The notes: generated from the letters alone by a model not told the origin. Shown: positions 34,940-43,379, counted from the first letter of the stretch. The stretch: 47,662 nt of DNA from an uncultured Verrucomicrobiota bacterium (GCA_964611245.1 CAZSXX010000001.1:5038-52699), one strand, 5' to 3'. Numbers and translations: made by a program.

Positions 34940-35853
34940 GCGGCGCGCGGGGCTGCGGTGGCGGGGCGGACGGCGGCGGGCTTGGCGGGTGCGCGATACT
35001 GGTGCCACCCATCCCGGAAACCTTGCAGGCGGCCCATGCGTTGATTCCAGCGAACAACCGCGGCGTGCGCCAACTCGCCCAATCGGCGGTTCTTCGCGCA
35101 GAATCGAAGGTCATGCCGGAAGTCGCTGAACCAGCCGAGCGCCACCGTGGAGGGCCAGTTGAAATCGCGCGCCGATCCCGGCCAACTGGCGGCGAGCGCC
35201 TTCGCGTCGCCATGGGCCCGCCGCCGGGCTTGCTGCGGCGTGTAGTTGTGCGAGTGGATGGCGATCGACTCCGGGCAATACTCGACGCGGTGCCCCTGCG
35301 CCCGCGCCCACCGCGTGTATTCATCGTCCTCCGCGTATTGCAGGCTCTCTAGAAACCCGCGCTGCCGCCAGATGTCCTTCCGCAATCCGCTGCTGACCAT
35401 GCTGAAAAAATGGCCCCAGCCGGCGGACTCTCGATTCTCGCCAAAACACCGCTCGTAATCGCAGGCGTAAACCGCCCGGCAGTCCGGGCGCGGGATCTGC
35501 CTCCCAAAAACTGCGGCCACGCGTGGATCAGCCAGTCCGCGCGCCAGCGGCTCAAGCCAGCCCTCATTGGCGGGCGTTGCGTCGGCGTTCAGGAAAATCA
35601 CCCGTTCGGCGCGCGCCAACCGCATTCCCTGGTTCATGACCCGCCCGGGCACATACTCGTCACTCCGTAGCTGGATGAACCGCGCGGGCCTAAAATCCTG
35701 GATCATCGCCACGGAGCCATCCGTGGAGCCGGAGTCGAACACAATCAACTCCCAGGACGGCCCCGCCTGCCGCCGCAGGCCCGCCAAGGTCGCCCCCAAT
35801 GCCCATGCCTCATTGAAGGAACGCATCACAATCGACACCTCGGGGGCTGTCAT
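34936..35853 (-). CDS. Glycosyltransferase family 2
   Basis: 305 aa. 'VSIVMRSFNEAWALGATLAGLRRQ...ELIVFDSGSTDGS', 'VIFLNADATP'. Confidence 0.85.
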   Translation of the reverse strand: MTAPEVSIVMRSFNEAWALGATLAGLRRQAGPSWELIVFDSGSTDGSVAMIQDFRPARFIQLRSDEYVPGRVMNQGMRLARAERVIFLNADATPANEGWLEPLARGLADPRVAAVFGRQIPRPDCRAVYACDYERCFGENRESAGWGHFFSMVSSGLRKDIWRQRGFLESLQYAEDDEYTRWARAQGHRVEYCPESIAIHSHNYTPQQARRRAHGDAKALAASWPGSARDFNWPSTVALGWFSDFRHDLRFCAKNRRLGELAHAAVVRWNQRMGRLQGFRDGWHQYRAPAKPAAVRPATAAPRAA

Positions 35854-37424
35854 GCCGCCGTCCTCCTTCCCAGCCTGCTGGAAAAATAGGCGGTGAACTT
35901 CGCGCGCTCATTTTCGTCGAGGGCCACTTTCCAGAGGCCTGCCGCCGCGACGATCGCCGCCAGCGTCCCCTCGGCGAAGAACACGGCGTAGGAATCGGAG
36001 AACGGTTGGCGTGGGATCATCTGAATGATCGCGATCAACGCGATCAACGGCCAGCAGGCGGCCCACGCCGGGAACAGGACCGCCTGGGCCAGTTTCCAGC
36101 TTGAGATTTCCGCCTCACGCGCCGCCCAAGGCCAGATGAATCCCCAGCCAAAAACGCACGTGGCAATCAGCGAGCCCACCGCCACGCACAGCACATTCCG
36201 GAAAACCATGAGCAGCGCGATGCTCAACGCGAGGTTCAAGAATGCCTCGCCAACCCCCAGCCACATCAACCTCCGCTCATGGCCGCACATCATGAAAATA
36301 CGCTTGGTCACGCTTTGCGTGATCACCATCACGTAGGTCCACAACAGCAGAATCTGGCCAACCCAATACGTCTCGCTTCCACCCAGGCTCTCCCCGGTCA
36401 GGATCCTCAGGATTCCGGTCAGGAAGAACGCGGAGCAAAGATAAAGCGGCGTGGCCAACAGGCCGGTGAAGCGGGTTCCGTTGACCAACAGGTCCCGCAA
36501 CATGCTCCGGTCCCCGGTGGCGTGGAAATGCGCGGCGGCCGGCGAGAGTGTCTCCGCGATCTGCAGCGCGAACCCGCCGTACATTTCCGCCACTTTCGCT
36601 CCCGCCTGATAGATCGCCACCGCGGCCACCGCGAGGCCGGTGCTGATCACGATCTGGTCCGTCCTTGTCAATATCACCGTCGTCAATGTTGTGACGTAGG
36701 CGTAAACGGAGAAGCGCGTTGTCTCGTGGATCATTGCCCGAGAAAACAACCTCGGGGCAAGGGTCACCTTTGGCATGTCGCGCAGCGCGAAAAAACCGCA
36801 GAGCAGGTCCGCCATCAAGGTGCCGCCCAGGGAAATGACAAAGAGCCAAAGGAGACCCCAATTGTAAGTGATCGAGATCAGGATCAGAACGAAGCTGGCG
36901 AGGTAACTCCCCAACTGAAGGTAGTTGGCCAGGCAAATCCGCTGCTGGCCGCGCAGGATTTCCGGGAAGATTCCCAGCGGGAACGCCAGGCCAATCCCGA
37001 CCAAAAACACCCGCATGATGTCGGTGAATGGCCCGACGTTCTCCGGGGAAATGCGCAGGACGCCCACAATCCCGGGCGCCACAACCCACCCGCCCAGCAT
37101 GATCGCCACCGCGATTCCGACATACGCGTAAAAGATCGTGCTGAGCACCCGGCTCAGGCGGTCCCATTCCCCCTTCACCTTCAGCTCCGCCACCCGTTTC
37201 TGCGCGGTGAATCCAAAGCCGAAGTCCAGCAGGATCCCATACCCCAGCATGCTCCAGAGCACCGACCAGTATCCGAACTCCTCCTTGGGCAACTCTTGGT
37301 AGATGAGCCGGAAGAGGACCGCCCCCAGCCCAAGCCGAATCACCAGGAATACATAGTTGGAGATCGAGTTGCGGTAGATGTGCCGCTTCACCTCGTCATT
37401 GGTCATGCGCTGGGAATCCTCCAT
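35850..37424 (-). CDS. Polysaccharide/oligosaccharide flippase (Wzx-like, MOP superfamily)
   Basis: 524 aa. Hydrophobic throughout, with about 12-14 predicted TM segments. N-terminus 'ISNYVFLVIRLGLGAVLFRLIY' is typical of polysaccharide biosynthesis (PST) proteins. Confidence 0.75.
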   Translation of the reverse strand: MEDSQRMTNDEVKRHIYRNSISNYVFLVIRLGLGAVLFRLIYQELPKEEFGYWSVLWSMLGYGILLDFGFGFTAQKRVAELKVKGEWDRLSRVLSTIFYAYVGIAVAIMLGGWVVAPGIVGVLRISPENVGPFTDIMRVFLVGIGLAFPLGIFPEILRGQQRICLANYLQLGSYLASFVLILISITYNWGLLWLFVISLGGTLMADLLCGFFALRDMPKVTLAPRLFSRAMIHETTRFSVYAYVTTLTTVILTRTDQIVISTGLAVAAVAIYQAGAKVAEMYGGFALQIAETLSPAAAHFHATGDRSMLRDLLVNGTRFTGLLATPLYLCSAFFLTGILRILTGESLGGSETYWVGQILLLWTYVMVITQSVTKRIFMMCGHERRLMWLGVGEAFLNLALSIALLMVFRNVLCVAVGSLIATCVFGWGFIWPWAAREAEISSWKLAQAVLFPAWAACWPLIALIAIIQMIPRQPFSDSYAVFFAEGTLAAIVAAAGLWKVALDENERAKFTAYFSSRLGRRTAA

Positions 37425-37427
37425 CGC

Positions 37428-40400
37428 TCACTTTCGGGCCAACACACCGCGGACCGCCGCCGCGAGGGAACCGACGTTTGGCTCCGCCAGCATCGTGTCG
37501 TGGTTGCCGGCGACCTCGTGAATCTCAATTTCCTGGGCGAGGCCGGTCCACCCGTAGTTCGGGTCCGGCAGAATGCCCGGGTCTTGTTCCACCGCATTGA
37601 AAAGGGTCACCTTGCCGGGATACGCGCGGGGCCGGTGCACGTTCAAGGCCGCCATGTTCGCGTTGTAGACCCGTTCCAACCGCTCCAGCCACCGCTGCTC
37701 TTGCGGGTCGACCTCGCCGCCCGCCCGCCGAAAGCGCATCCGGTTGTCCAGTTCAACCTGCCGCCGGTACTTCGCTTTGGCCTCCAGGTACTGCCACCAC
37801 CGCCTGGGCGACATCTGGAAGAGGCATCTGAATCGGGCCAGTTGATACGCCCAATTGGCCAAACCGGGGCTGACGCTGATCGTCTCCATGAGCAGCAGCC
37901 CACCGACCTCCTGCCCGGCTTCGCGGAGTTGCTGCGCCATCTCCACCGCCACTATGCCGCCAAAGCACCATCCGCCGAGCAAGTACGGGCCGCGCGGCTG
38001 AAACTCACGGAGGAGCGCCACATATTCCCGCGCCATCCTCTCGATCGTGCTTTGCGGCTCCGCTCCATCCTTCAGCCCGAGCGCTTGGAAGCCATAACAG
38101 GGCTGGTCCGCCCCCAAGTGGTGGATCAGGTTCCCGTAGCCAAGCACATCTCCGGGGGTCGTGTGCACCAGGAACAATGGCGGGCGGGCCCCCGCTTTCT
38201 GCAACGGCACCAGGCAGGACCAGTCATTCCCCCGGGCGGCGCTTTCGATCTCGCGCGCGATGCTCCGGACAGTTGGGGTCAGGAAAAGCGACTCCAACGG
38301 GAGCCGCTTTCCGGTCGCTTTCTCAATCTGCACGATCAATTCCAGCGCCTGCAGCGAGTCGCCCCCCAACTCAAAAAAACTCTCGTCCACCCCCACGCCG
38401 GCCCTCCGCAGGGCCCGCTGGAACAGGAGCTGCAACTGCAGCTCCAGCGGCGTTTTTGGAATGGCTCCCGCCGGGGCGGAGCCGCTTTCCGAGCCCGGCT
38501 CAGGCAGCGCCTTCCGGTTCACTTTCCCGCTTGGAAGCAAGGGCATCGATTCAAGGCCGACGATGCCGTGGGGAATCATGTGCTCGGGCAGTCGGGCGCG
38601 CAGCCAATCCCGCAGCTCCCGCTCAGTGGCGGCCTTCCCACCGCGCGAGGTGACGTAGGCCAACAGGCGCTTCTGTCCAGCGCCATCATTCCGCGCCACG
38701 ACGATCGCCTCGCCCACGGTCTGATGCTCCTTCAGGGCCGCCTCAATCTCGCCCGGCTCAATTCGGAAACCGCGAATTTTGACCTGGTCGTCCAATCGCC
38801 CGAGGAACTCAATGTTCCCATCCTCCAGTATCCGGGCCAGGTCGCCCGTGGCGTACAGCCGCCCCTCGCCGAATGGATTTGGGATGAACCGCTCACGCGT
38901 CAGGTCGGCCCGGTTGACGTAGCCCGTGGCCAGGAGGGGGCCGCCAATGTGAAGCTGCCCGGCCACGCGGATGGGAACCGGCCGCAGCAAATCGTCGAGG
39001 ATGAATGTTCGCCGCCCGGGCAGCGGCCGCCCGATCGGCGTTCCGCCGCCTGTGCCTGACATCGGCGTGAATTGTCCGGCGTCAAACGCCGTCGCGGTCA
39101 CCGTGGCCTCGGTCGGGCCATAGGCGTTGACCAGTCGCCGGTTCCCGAAAGGCCCCCGCCGCCACTCCGCCAAACGGTCCGCCGGCATCGCCTCACCGCC
39201 CGCCACCACCAGGCGCAACCGTGCCGGGATGTTCACGCCCACCGCTGCGCTCGCGTGCTGCGCCAATTGGCCCCAATACGCCATGGGAATGTCCACCATG
39301 GTCAACTGGAACCGTTCAAGGTTGCGGATGAACTCCCCGGTGTCCCACAGCCGCTCGTCCCGAACGACCACGCTCGCCCCGGCCGCCAGCGGCGGCAACA
39401 GCTGCTCGAACGAGGCGTCGAAGGTGAACGGCGAAAAATGCAGGTGCCGGTCCTCCGGCGTGATCCTGTAATGCTCGATCATCGCCGTCACATGCTGCGC
39501 AATGGCCCCCTGGGTGATCGTCACGCCCTTCGGCTGGCCCGTGGAGCCCGAAGTGTAAATCACATAGGCCGGGTCGTGCGGCTCCACCCGCACGCTGGAC
39601 GAATCCTCCACGCCGTCCAACTCCTCTGCCATCAACGTCGGCACGCCCTCGGGAACAAGGCCCGCCAGCGCCCGGCTGGTGATCACCACTTTCATCCGTG
39701 CGTCCCACGCCATGAATCCCACGCGCTCGCGCGGGCAGCCCGGATCAATCGGCACAAACACGCCGCCCGCGCGCCAAATGCCAAGCATCGAAATGACAAC
39801 CTCGAGCGACCGGGGCAGCAAGACGCCAACGGGTGATCCCGCCCGCACGCCGCTGCGCCTCAACGCGGCCGCCAGACCGGCGGAGGCGGCGATCAATTCC
39901 GCGAAGCTCAAGCGGCGCGTCTCTCCGCTTTCCTCGCTTTGGCCCAGCGCCAACGCCACGGCGGCGGGCGTCCGCTTCGCTTGCCTCTCAATCATCTCCC
40001 AAACAGTCTTGCCGTCCCAATCGATCTCCCCGCCCGAACTCCATTCGTCCAGCAATTGCCTTTTCTCGGATTGCGGCAATATCTCCAACTCCCGGAGCGG
40101 ACTCGCGGGGTTCGTGGCCAATGAGTCGAACAGCGCTAACAGGTGGTTTCCCATCCGCCGGATCGCCTCGGGACTGAACAGCTCCGGGCAATATGAGATC
40201 TCGAACGGCCCGAACACGCCCTCGGGATTCAGCAATGTCAGGAACTCCGGACCGTCCTCAGGCGCCGGATCAAAACAGACGCCCGTTTCAATTTCCCCGC
40301 CTTCCGGGACCGGCGACCCCATCTCCCTCAGCCACGCCGCCGCGGATTTGTCGTTTTCAATGGCCCACCGGAATGCCCCAGAATTCCTTCCCTTGTACCG

Positions 40401-40748
40401 GACGCGGACGGCGACCTCCTCGCTCCTCAGGCACCGGGACATGAGCAACGCCCAGAGCCCGCAGATGGCGGATTCCGCCGGGATTTTCTCCTCCTCGCAG
40501 ACGCGCCGCAATCGGGCGCCGGTTGCAGTCGCCACGAGGAAGCGTTCGCGGCGCCTGGTGCCACCACCGCCGGAAATCCGCCCGGCGAACCCGAGCGCCT
40601 GGCTGACCGCGCTCTCCTCGAGTCGACCTGCGGCAGGCCAGGCAGCCTTCCGATATCCCACGCGGGCGAACACGGGCTGGAAACCCAGTTTCCCGTAAAG
40701 CCGCTCCGCGACGCTTCCCGCCTCCACCTGCAAAAAACCCAGCGGCAT
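37428..40748 (-). CDS. NRPS-like protein: GNAT C-terminal remnant, truncated condensation domain, adenylation, thiolation and thioesterase (3' part of a frameshifted gene)
   Basis: 1106 aa. A-domain motifs 'YVIYTSGSTGQPKGV', 'FDASFEQ', 'NAYGPTE', 'YATGDLAR', 'GRLDDQVKIRGFRIEPGEIE' and 'LPSGKVNRKAL'. PCP 'FFELGGDSLQALEL'. TE 'LFLVHTTPGDVLGY', 'GGWCFGG' and 'GNHDTML'. N-terminal 'LQVEAGSVAERLYGKLGF' is the end of a GNAT fold that begins in ORF 40427..41428. Confidence 0.9.
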   Translation of the reverse strand: MPLGFLQVEAGSVAERLYGKLGFQPVFARVGYRKAAWPAAGRLEESAVSQALGFAGRISGGGGTRRRERFLVATATGARLRRVCEEEKIPAESAICGLWALLMSRCLRSEEVAVRVRYKGRNSGAFRWAIENDKSAAAWLREMGSPVPEGGEIETGVCFDPAPEDGPEFLTLLNPEGVFGPFEISYCPELFSPEAIRRMGNHLLALFDSLATNPASPLRELEILPQSEKRQLLDEWSSGGEIDWDGKTVWEMIERQAKRTPAAVALALGQSEESGETRRLSFAELIAASAGLAAALRRSGVRAGSPVGVLLPRSLEVVISMLGIWRAGGVFVPIDPGCPRERVGFMAWDARMKVVITSRALAGLVPEGVPTLMAEELDGVEDSSSVRVEPHDPAYVIYTSGSTGQPKGVTITQGAIAQHVTAMIEHYRITPEDRHLHFSPFTFDASFEQLLPPLAAGASVVVRDERLWDTGEFIRNLERFQLTMVDIPMAYWGQLAQHASAAVGVNIPARLRLVVAGGEAMPADRLAEWRRGPFGNRRLVNAYGPTEATVTATAFDAGQFTPMSGTGGGTPIGRPLPGRRTFILDDLLRPVPIRVAGQLHIGGPLLATGYVNRADLTRERFIPNPFGEGRLYATGDLARILEDGNIEFLGRLDDQVKIRGFRIEPGEIEAALKEHQTVGEAIVVARNDGAGQKRLLAYVTSRGGKAATERELRDWLRARLPEHMIPHGIVGLESMPLLPSGKVNRKALPEPGSESGSAPAGAIPKTPLELQLQLLFQRALRRAGVGVDESFFELGGDSLQALELIVQIEKATGKRLPLESLFLTPTVRSIAREIESAARGNDWSCLVPLQKAGARPPLFLVHTTPGDVLGYGNLIHHLGADQPCYGFQALGLKDGAEPQSTIERMAREYVALLREFQPRGPYLLGGWCFGGIVAVEMAQQLREAGQEVGGLLLMETISVSPGLANWAYQLARFRCLFQMSPRRWWQYLEAKAKYRRQVELDNRMRFRRAGGEVDPQEQRWLERLERVYNANMAALNVHRPRAYPGKVTLFNAVEQDPGILPDPNYGWTGLAQEIEIHEVAGNHDTMLAEPNVGSLAAAVRGVLARK

Positions 40749-41428
40749 CCTTCGTCGCGCGCGGCCTCGATCAAACCCTCGACAACGGCCCGGCCGGCCC
40801 CGCGCCCGCGCGCCTCCGGCGCCGAGCCCACGTTGTAAATGCAGGCGGTTTCCCCATCGATTCCGATCGTGCCCACCGCCACCGGACTGCCGCCAGCGCG
40901 CGCCAAAAGGTGCTTCTGCCGCGTCGCCCCATCGCCCGGCTCCCGGCGCAAGGCCGTTTCGTATGCGCCCGATTTCGCGTGGAACGCCGCCTGGAAAACT
41001 TGGATGAACCCCGAAAGCTCCTCCGGCTCCTCGATGGAATACACAGGGGCCGCAGCAGGCTCCAACTCAGTGTCACGGACCATCCAAGTTTCACGGTCGA
41101 ACTGTTCGTAGCCTCCGCCCGCCAAGGCCTGCTCCGCCCCTCCGGATTCGTCCCCCAGCACATAAACTACCGGCCTTCGCCCATGCCGCCCATGCCAACC
41201 CTCTGCCTCCTTGAGAAACTCCGCCGCGTCGCCCACCGCTAACCACATGGAGTGGTTCCACATCGGCGCCGGGAGGTCGGACGCGCTGTGCACTCCCCTT
41301 TCCCCGATTCGCGTCTCCGTGAAAAATCGGCCGTTCTGCAGCCGATAATGCGTCCGCACCAACTCCAGGCGGCTCGGCGCCGGCGGCGCTTTTCGTCGGG
41401 AAGGGGTTGTCGGCGCGGCGATCATCAC
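40427..41428 (-). CDS. GNAT-family N-acyltransferase, N-terminal portion of the frameshifted GNAT-NRPS gene
   Basis: GTG 41428 / ATG 41425. 'ACIYNVGSAPEARGRGAGRAVVEGLIEAARDEGC' is the acyl-CoA-binding motif A. After about 40740 the translation becomes an Arg/Ser/Pro-rich out-of-frame readthrough that overlaps ORF 37428..40748 by 322 nt. Genuine coding probably covers only 40738..41428. Confidence 0.7.
   Translation of the reverse strand: MMIAAPTTPSRRKAPPAPSRLELVRTHYRLQNGRFFTETRIGERGVHSASDLPAPMWNHSMWLAVGDAAEFLKEAEGWHGRHGRRPVVYVLGDESGGAEQALAGGGYEQFDRETWMVRDTELEPAAAPVYSIEEPEELSGFIQVFQAAFHAKSGAYETALRREPGDGATRQKHLLARAGGSPVAVGTIGIDGETACIYNVGSAPEARGRGAGRAVVEGLIEAARDEGCRWVFCRWRREASRSGFTGNWVSSPCSPAWDIGRLPGLPQVDSRRARSARRSGSPGGFPAVVAPGAANASSWRLQPAPDCGASARRRKSRRNPPSAGSGRCSCPGA
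40732..40737 (-). other. T6 homopolymer (A6 on the plus strand) where the GNAT-NRPS reading frame breaks
   Basis: Minus strand reads 'tgc cgc tgg gtt ttt tgc agg'. Adding one T gives '...DEGCRWVFLQVEAGSVAERLYGKLGF', a continuous GNAT motif joining the two ORFs. Confidence 0.7.
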
Positions 41429-42177
41429 TTGCGCAAAAACGCGAAGGTTTGGCTTTCTTCCCTGGCCACACGGAAGCCCCGGTTCAACAGCGCCCCAACG
41501 ATGTCGTAGGCCGCGGCCTGGCCAATCACCCCCGGGTGGATCTCCATGATCACCTTGTTCACTTCCGGCGGCAGCGCCCCGAAATCAATGAATTGCTCCG
41601 CCCCCTCGATGTCGATGATCAGCACATTCGGCCGCACCCCGCATTTCCGCAGCAAGGTTTCCAGCGTGCCGCATTCAACCCGCACTGTGTGCCGCCCCGG
41701 CGCCTTGTCCGACGCGACGATGGTGTTCTCCCAAAAGTCACTGCCGATCTCGAGGTCCACCTCGCCGTCCGAGGCGCCCAACGCCACGTTCCACACATTG
41801 GGTTTCACGCCGTTCAATTGGTGATTCCGCCTCAGGATCTCCGTCGTCTTGGGGTTCGCCTCGAACACCGCGTAATTGCGGATGCCAAGCTCCTTCTGGC
41901 AGAGCAGGCCAATGAAGCCAATCGCGCCGCCCAGTTCAACGATGCTGTCGGAAGGCCGCAGAAAATCACGGCACATCCCCTTCTCCCCGGCCTCGTACGC
42001 CCCGCTGAGCAGCCGGTTCCTCACTTTCGGCGAGAGCTGGGACACATCGAGCTTCACGCCCTCCAACTCGATCTCCGTGATCTTCGGCAGGACGTACTTG
42101 AAGTGATACCGGAGCGCCACCTCTTGGTAGAGGTGGTACATGAGTGTTTTGGTCATCCATTCGCGTGCGATATTCAT
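41425..42177 (-). CDS. FkbM-family SAM-dependent methyltransferase
   Basis: 250 aa. 'IVELGGAIGFIGLL', 'AVFEANPKTTEILRRNHQLNG', 'NVALGASDGEVDLEIG', 'LIIDIEGAEQ'. Confidence 0.8.
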   Translation of the reverse strand: MNIAREWMTKTLMYHLYQEVALRYHFKYVLPKITEIELEGVKLDVSQLSPKVRNRLLSGAYEAGEKGMCRDFLRPSDSIVELGGAIGFIGLLCQKELGIRNYAVFEANPKTTEILRRNHQLNGVKPNVWNVALGASDGEVDLEIGSDFWENTIVASDKAPGRHTVRVECGTLETLLRKCGVRPNVLIIDIEGAEQFIDFGALPPEVNKVIMEIHPGVIGQAAAYDIVGALLNRGFRVAREESQTFAFLRK

Positions 42178-43379
42178 ACGGCCGATAGCTCCTCCTTCAT
42201 TTCGCGGGCTGGCGGCGCCTGGTTTTGGCGCGCTGCCTCCTCTGACTCCAGGATCATCAAGTCATGAATCTGGGGAATGGATTGAATCCTCTCCGGCGTT
42301 GGCTGGTTTGAAAACAGCGCCGCGAAGCTCTGGGGATCGTCCGGATGGTACCCATGCATCGCGCGGATGGGCCGCTCGCCCATGTGGCTTGGAACGATCA
42401 AGACCCCTTCCTGGACCAAAAAGATCAACTCGCCAAATTCGCCGTTCGGGAAAAAGGCGCGCAGTTTCTTCAGCTCCGCCTCCTCCATGATCCGGCCTTC
42501 AGGAACTTTCCGCAGCGCGTCCGCGATGACGGTGCCTACCCCATTTTTCAGGAACCAGAACCGGGCCATCGTCGAGTCAAAAACAGCCACGTAATCGACG
42601 CCGAACTTCAACGGCAAGCGGCCGATGATCCGCATCAAATCCAGCAACCGGTCGCAATTGGCCATCCCGTGGTCGCTGAACACATACAGCCGGACCTCGT
42701 CGTATTTCTCCCCTGCCTGCTCCACCAACCGTCCGACCCACGCCTCATACTGCGCCAGGCGCGGCCCGATCAGCGCGGAATCGTTGCCCGCAGTGTGCAG
42801 CAACCCATCCAGCCCAGGCCAGTAGATGAAGGCAAAGTCGATCCCCCCGTTCCGGATCGCCTCCCCTGCGGCATCCCGATTGTCCTCCTCGCTCCGCAGC
42901 GGATCGCTCACGAAATAGGGAATCCCCTTGTTTTCCAGGTGGTCGAAGATGTTTGGCCCGCGGTTCATCCCGCGTGGTTGGAGCGGGCTTTTCTTCTCCG
43001 TGAAATCAAACAGGTGAATGTGGGAGAATGGGATGTTGTACAGGTCAAAATACCCTTTGAACCCGAGGCGTTCCTTGACCATTTTTGTCAGGAGGCGCCG
43101 GACAATTCTACGCCCGCTGATCGCCTTTGGGATAAACCGCAGCCAACGCAATTTCGAGAACGGCGAATGGACCGGGTCATAAACGAAGTAACACCAGTTG
43201 TGGTGCTCATCCGGCCAGCGCCCCGAAACGATGCTGGGCACACAGGTCGAGCTGTAGCCAAAAACCGAGCCGAGCTTCCGCCGGTTGGGCGCCAAGGCTT
43301 GGAGGAACGGGCGATCCTTGATGATCTCCCAGCCACAGGCGTCGATCATCACAAAAAGCGGAAGGATTCGTTTTTTCAT
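42174..43379 (-). CDS. Alkaline-phosphatase-superfamily protein (type I phosphodiesterase / nucleotide pyrophosphatase-like)
   Basis: 401 aa. 'LFVMIDACGWE' metal site, 'YSSTCVPSIVSGRWPDEHH' putative Thr nucleophile region, 'YWPGLDGLLHTAG', 'VFSDHGM'. Confidence 0.75.
   Translation of the reverse strand: MKKRILPLFVMIDACGWEIIKDRPFLQALAPNRRKLGSVFGYSSTCVPSIVSGRWPDEHHNWCYFVYDPVHSPFSKLRWLRFIPKAISGRRIVRRLLTKMVKERLGFKGYFDLYNIPFSHIHLFDFTEKKSPLQPRGMNRGPNIFDHLENKGIPYFVSDPLRSEEDNRDAAGEAIRNGGIDFAFIYWPGLDGLLHTAGNDSALIGPRLAQYEAWVGRLVEQAGEKYDEVRLYVFSDHGMANCDRLLDLMRIIGRLPLKFGVDYVAVFDSTMARFWFLKNGVGTVIADALRKVPEGRIMEEAELKKLRAFFPNGEFGELIFLVQEGVLIVPSHMGERPIRAMHGYHPDDPQSFAALFSNQPTPERIQSIPQIHDLMILESEEAARQNQAPPAREMKEELSAV

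Noticed and set aside
36279-39059. 926-aa plus-strand ORF antisense to the flippase and NRPS-like genes. The same reasoning covers similar long antisense or alternate-frame ORFs: 9740..11641, 8576..9562, 18134..19246, 18658..19809, 29993..31297, 31474..32595, 41407..42267, 42345..43403, 44078..45157, 19527..20477, 21605..22612 and 22521..23513.
   Set aside because: All are Arg/Gly/Pro/His/Gln-rich with no domain signatures. They lie opposite or out of frame to genes with strong family motifs. Such ORFs are an expected artefact of stop-codon-poor GC-rich DNA.
40725-40745. Programmed -1 ribosomal frameshifting at 'G GUU UUU UGC'.
   Set aside because: The site is not a canonical X_XXY_YYZ heptamer in the zero frame, and I could not identify an obvious downstream stimulatory hairpin or pseudoknot. 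It is kept only as a minor alternative under the frameshift finding.
40427-40748. The 322-nt overlap between the GNAT ORF and the NRPS-like ORF as a genuine overlapping-gene arrangement.
   Set aside because: The overlapping tail of the upstream ORF is low-complexity readthrough, and the GNAT fold is completed only in the other frame. A 1-nt indel at the T6 run explains it more simply.
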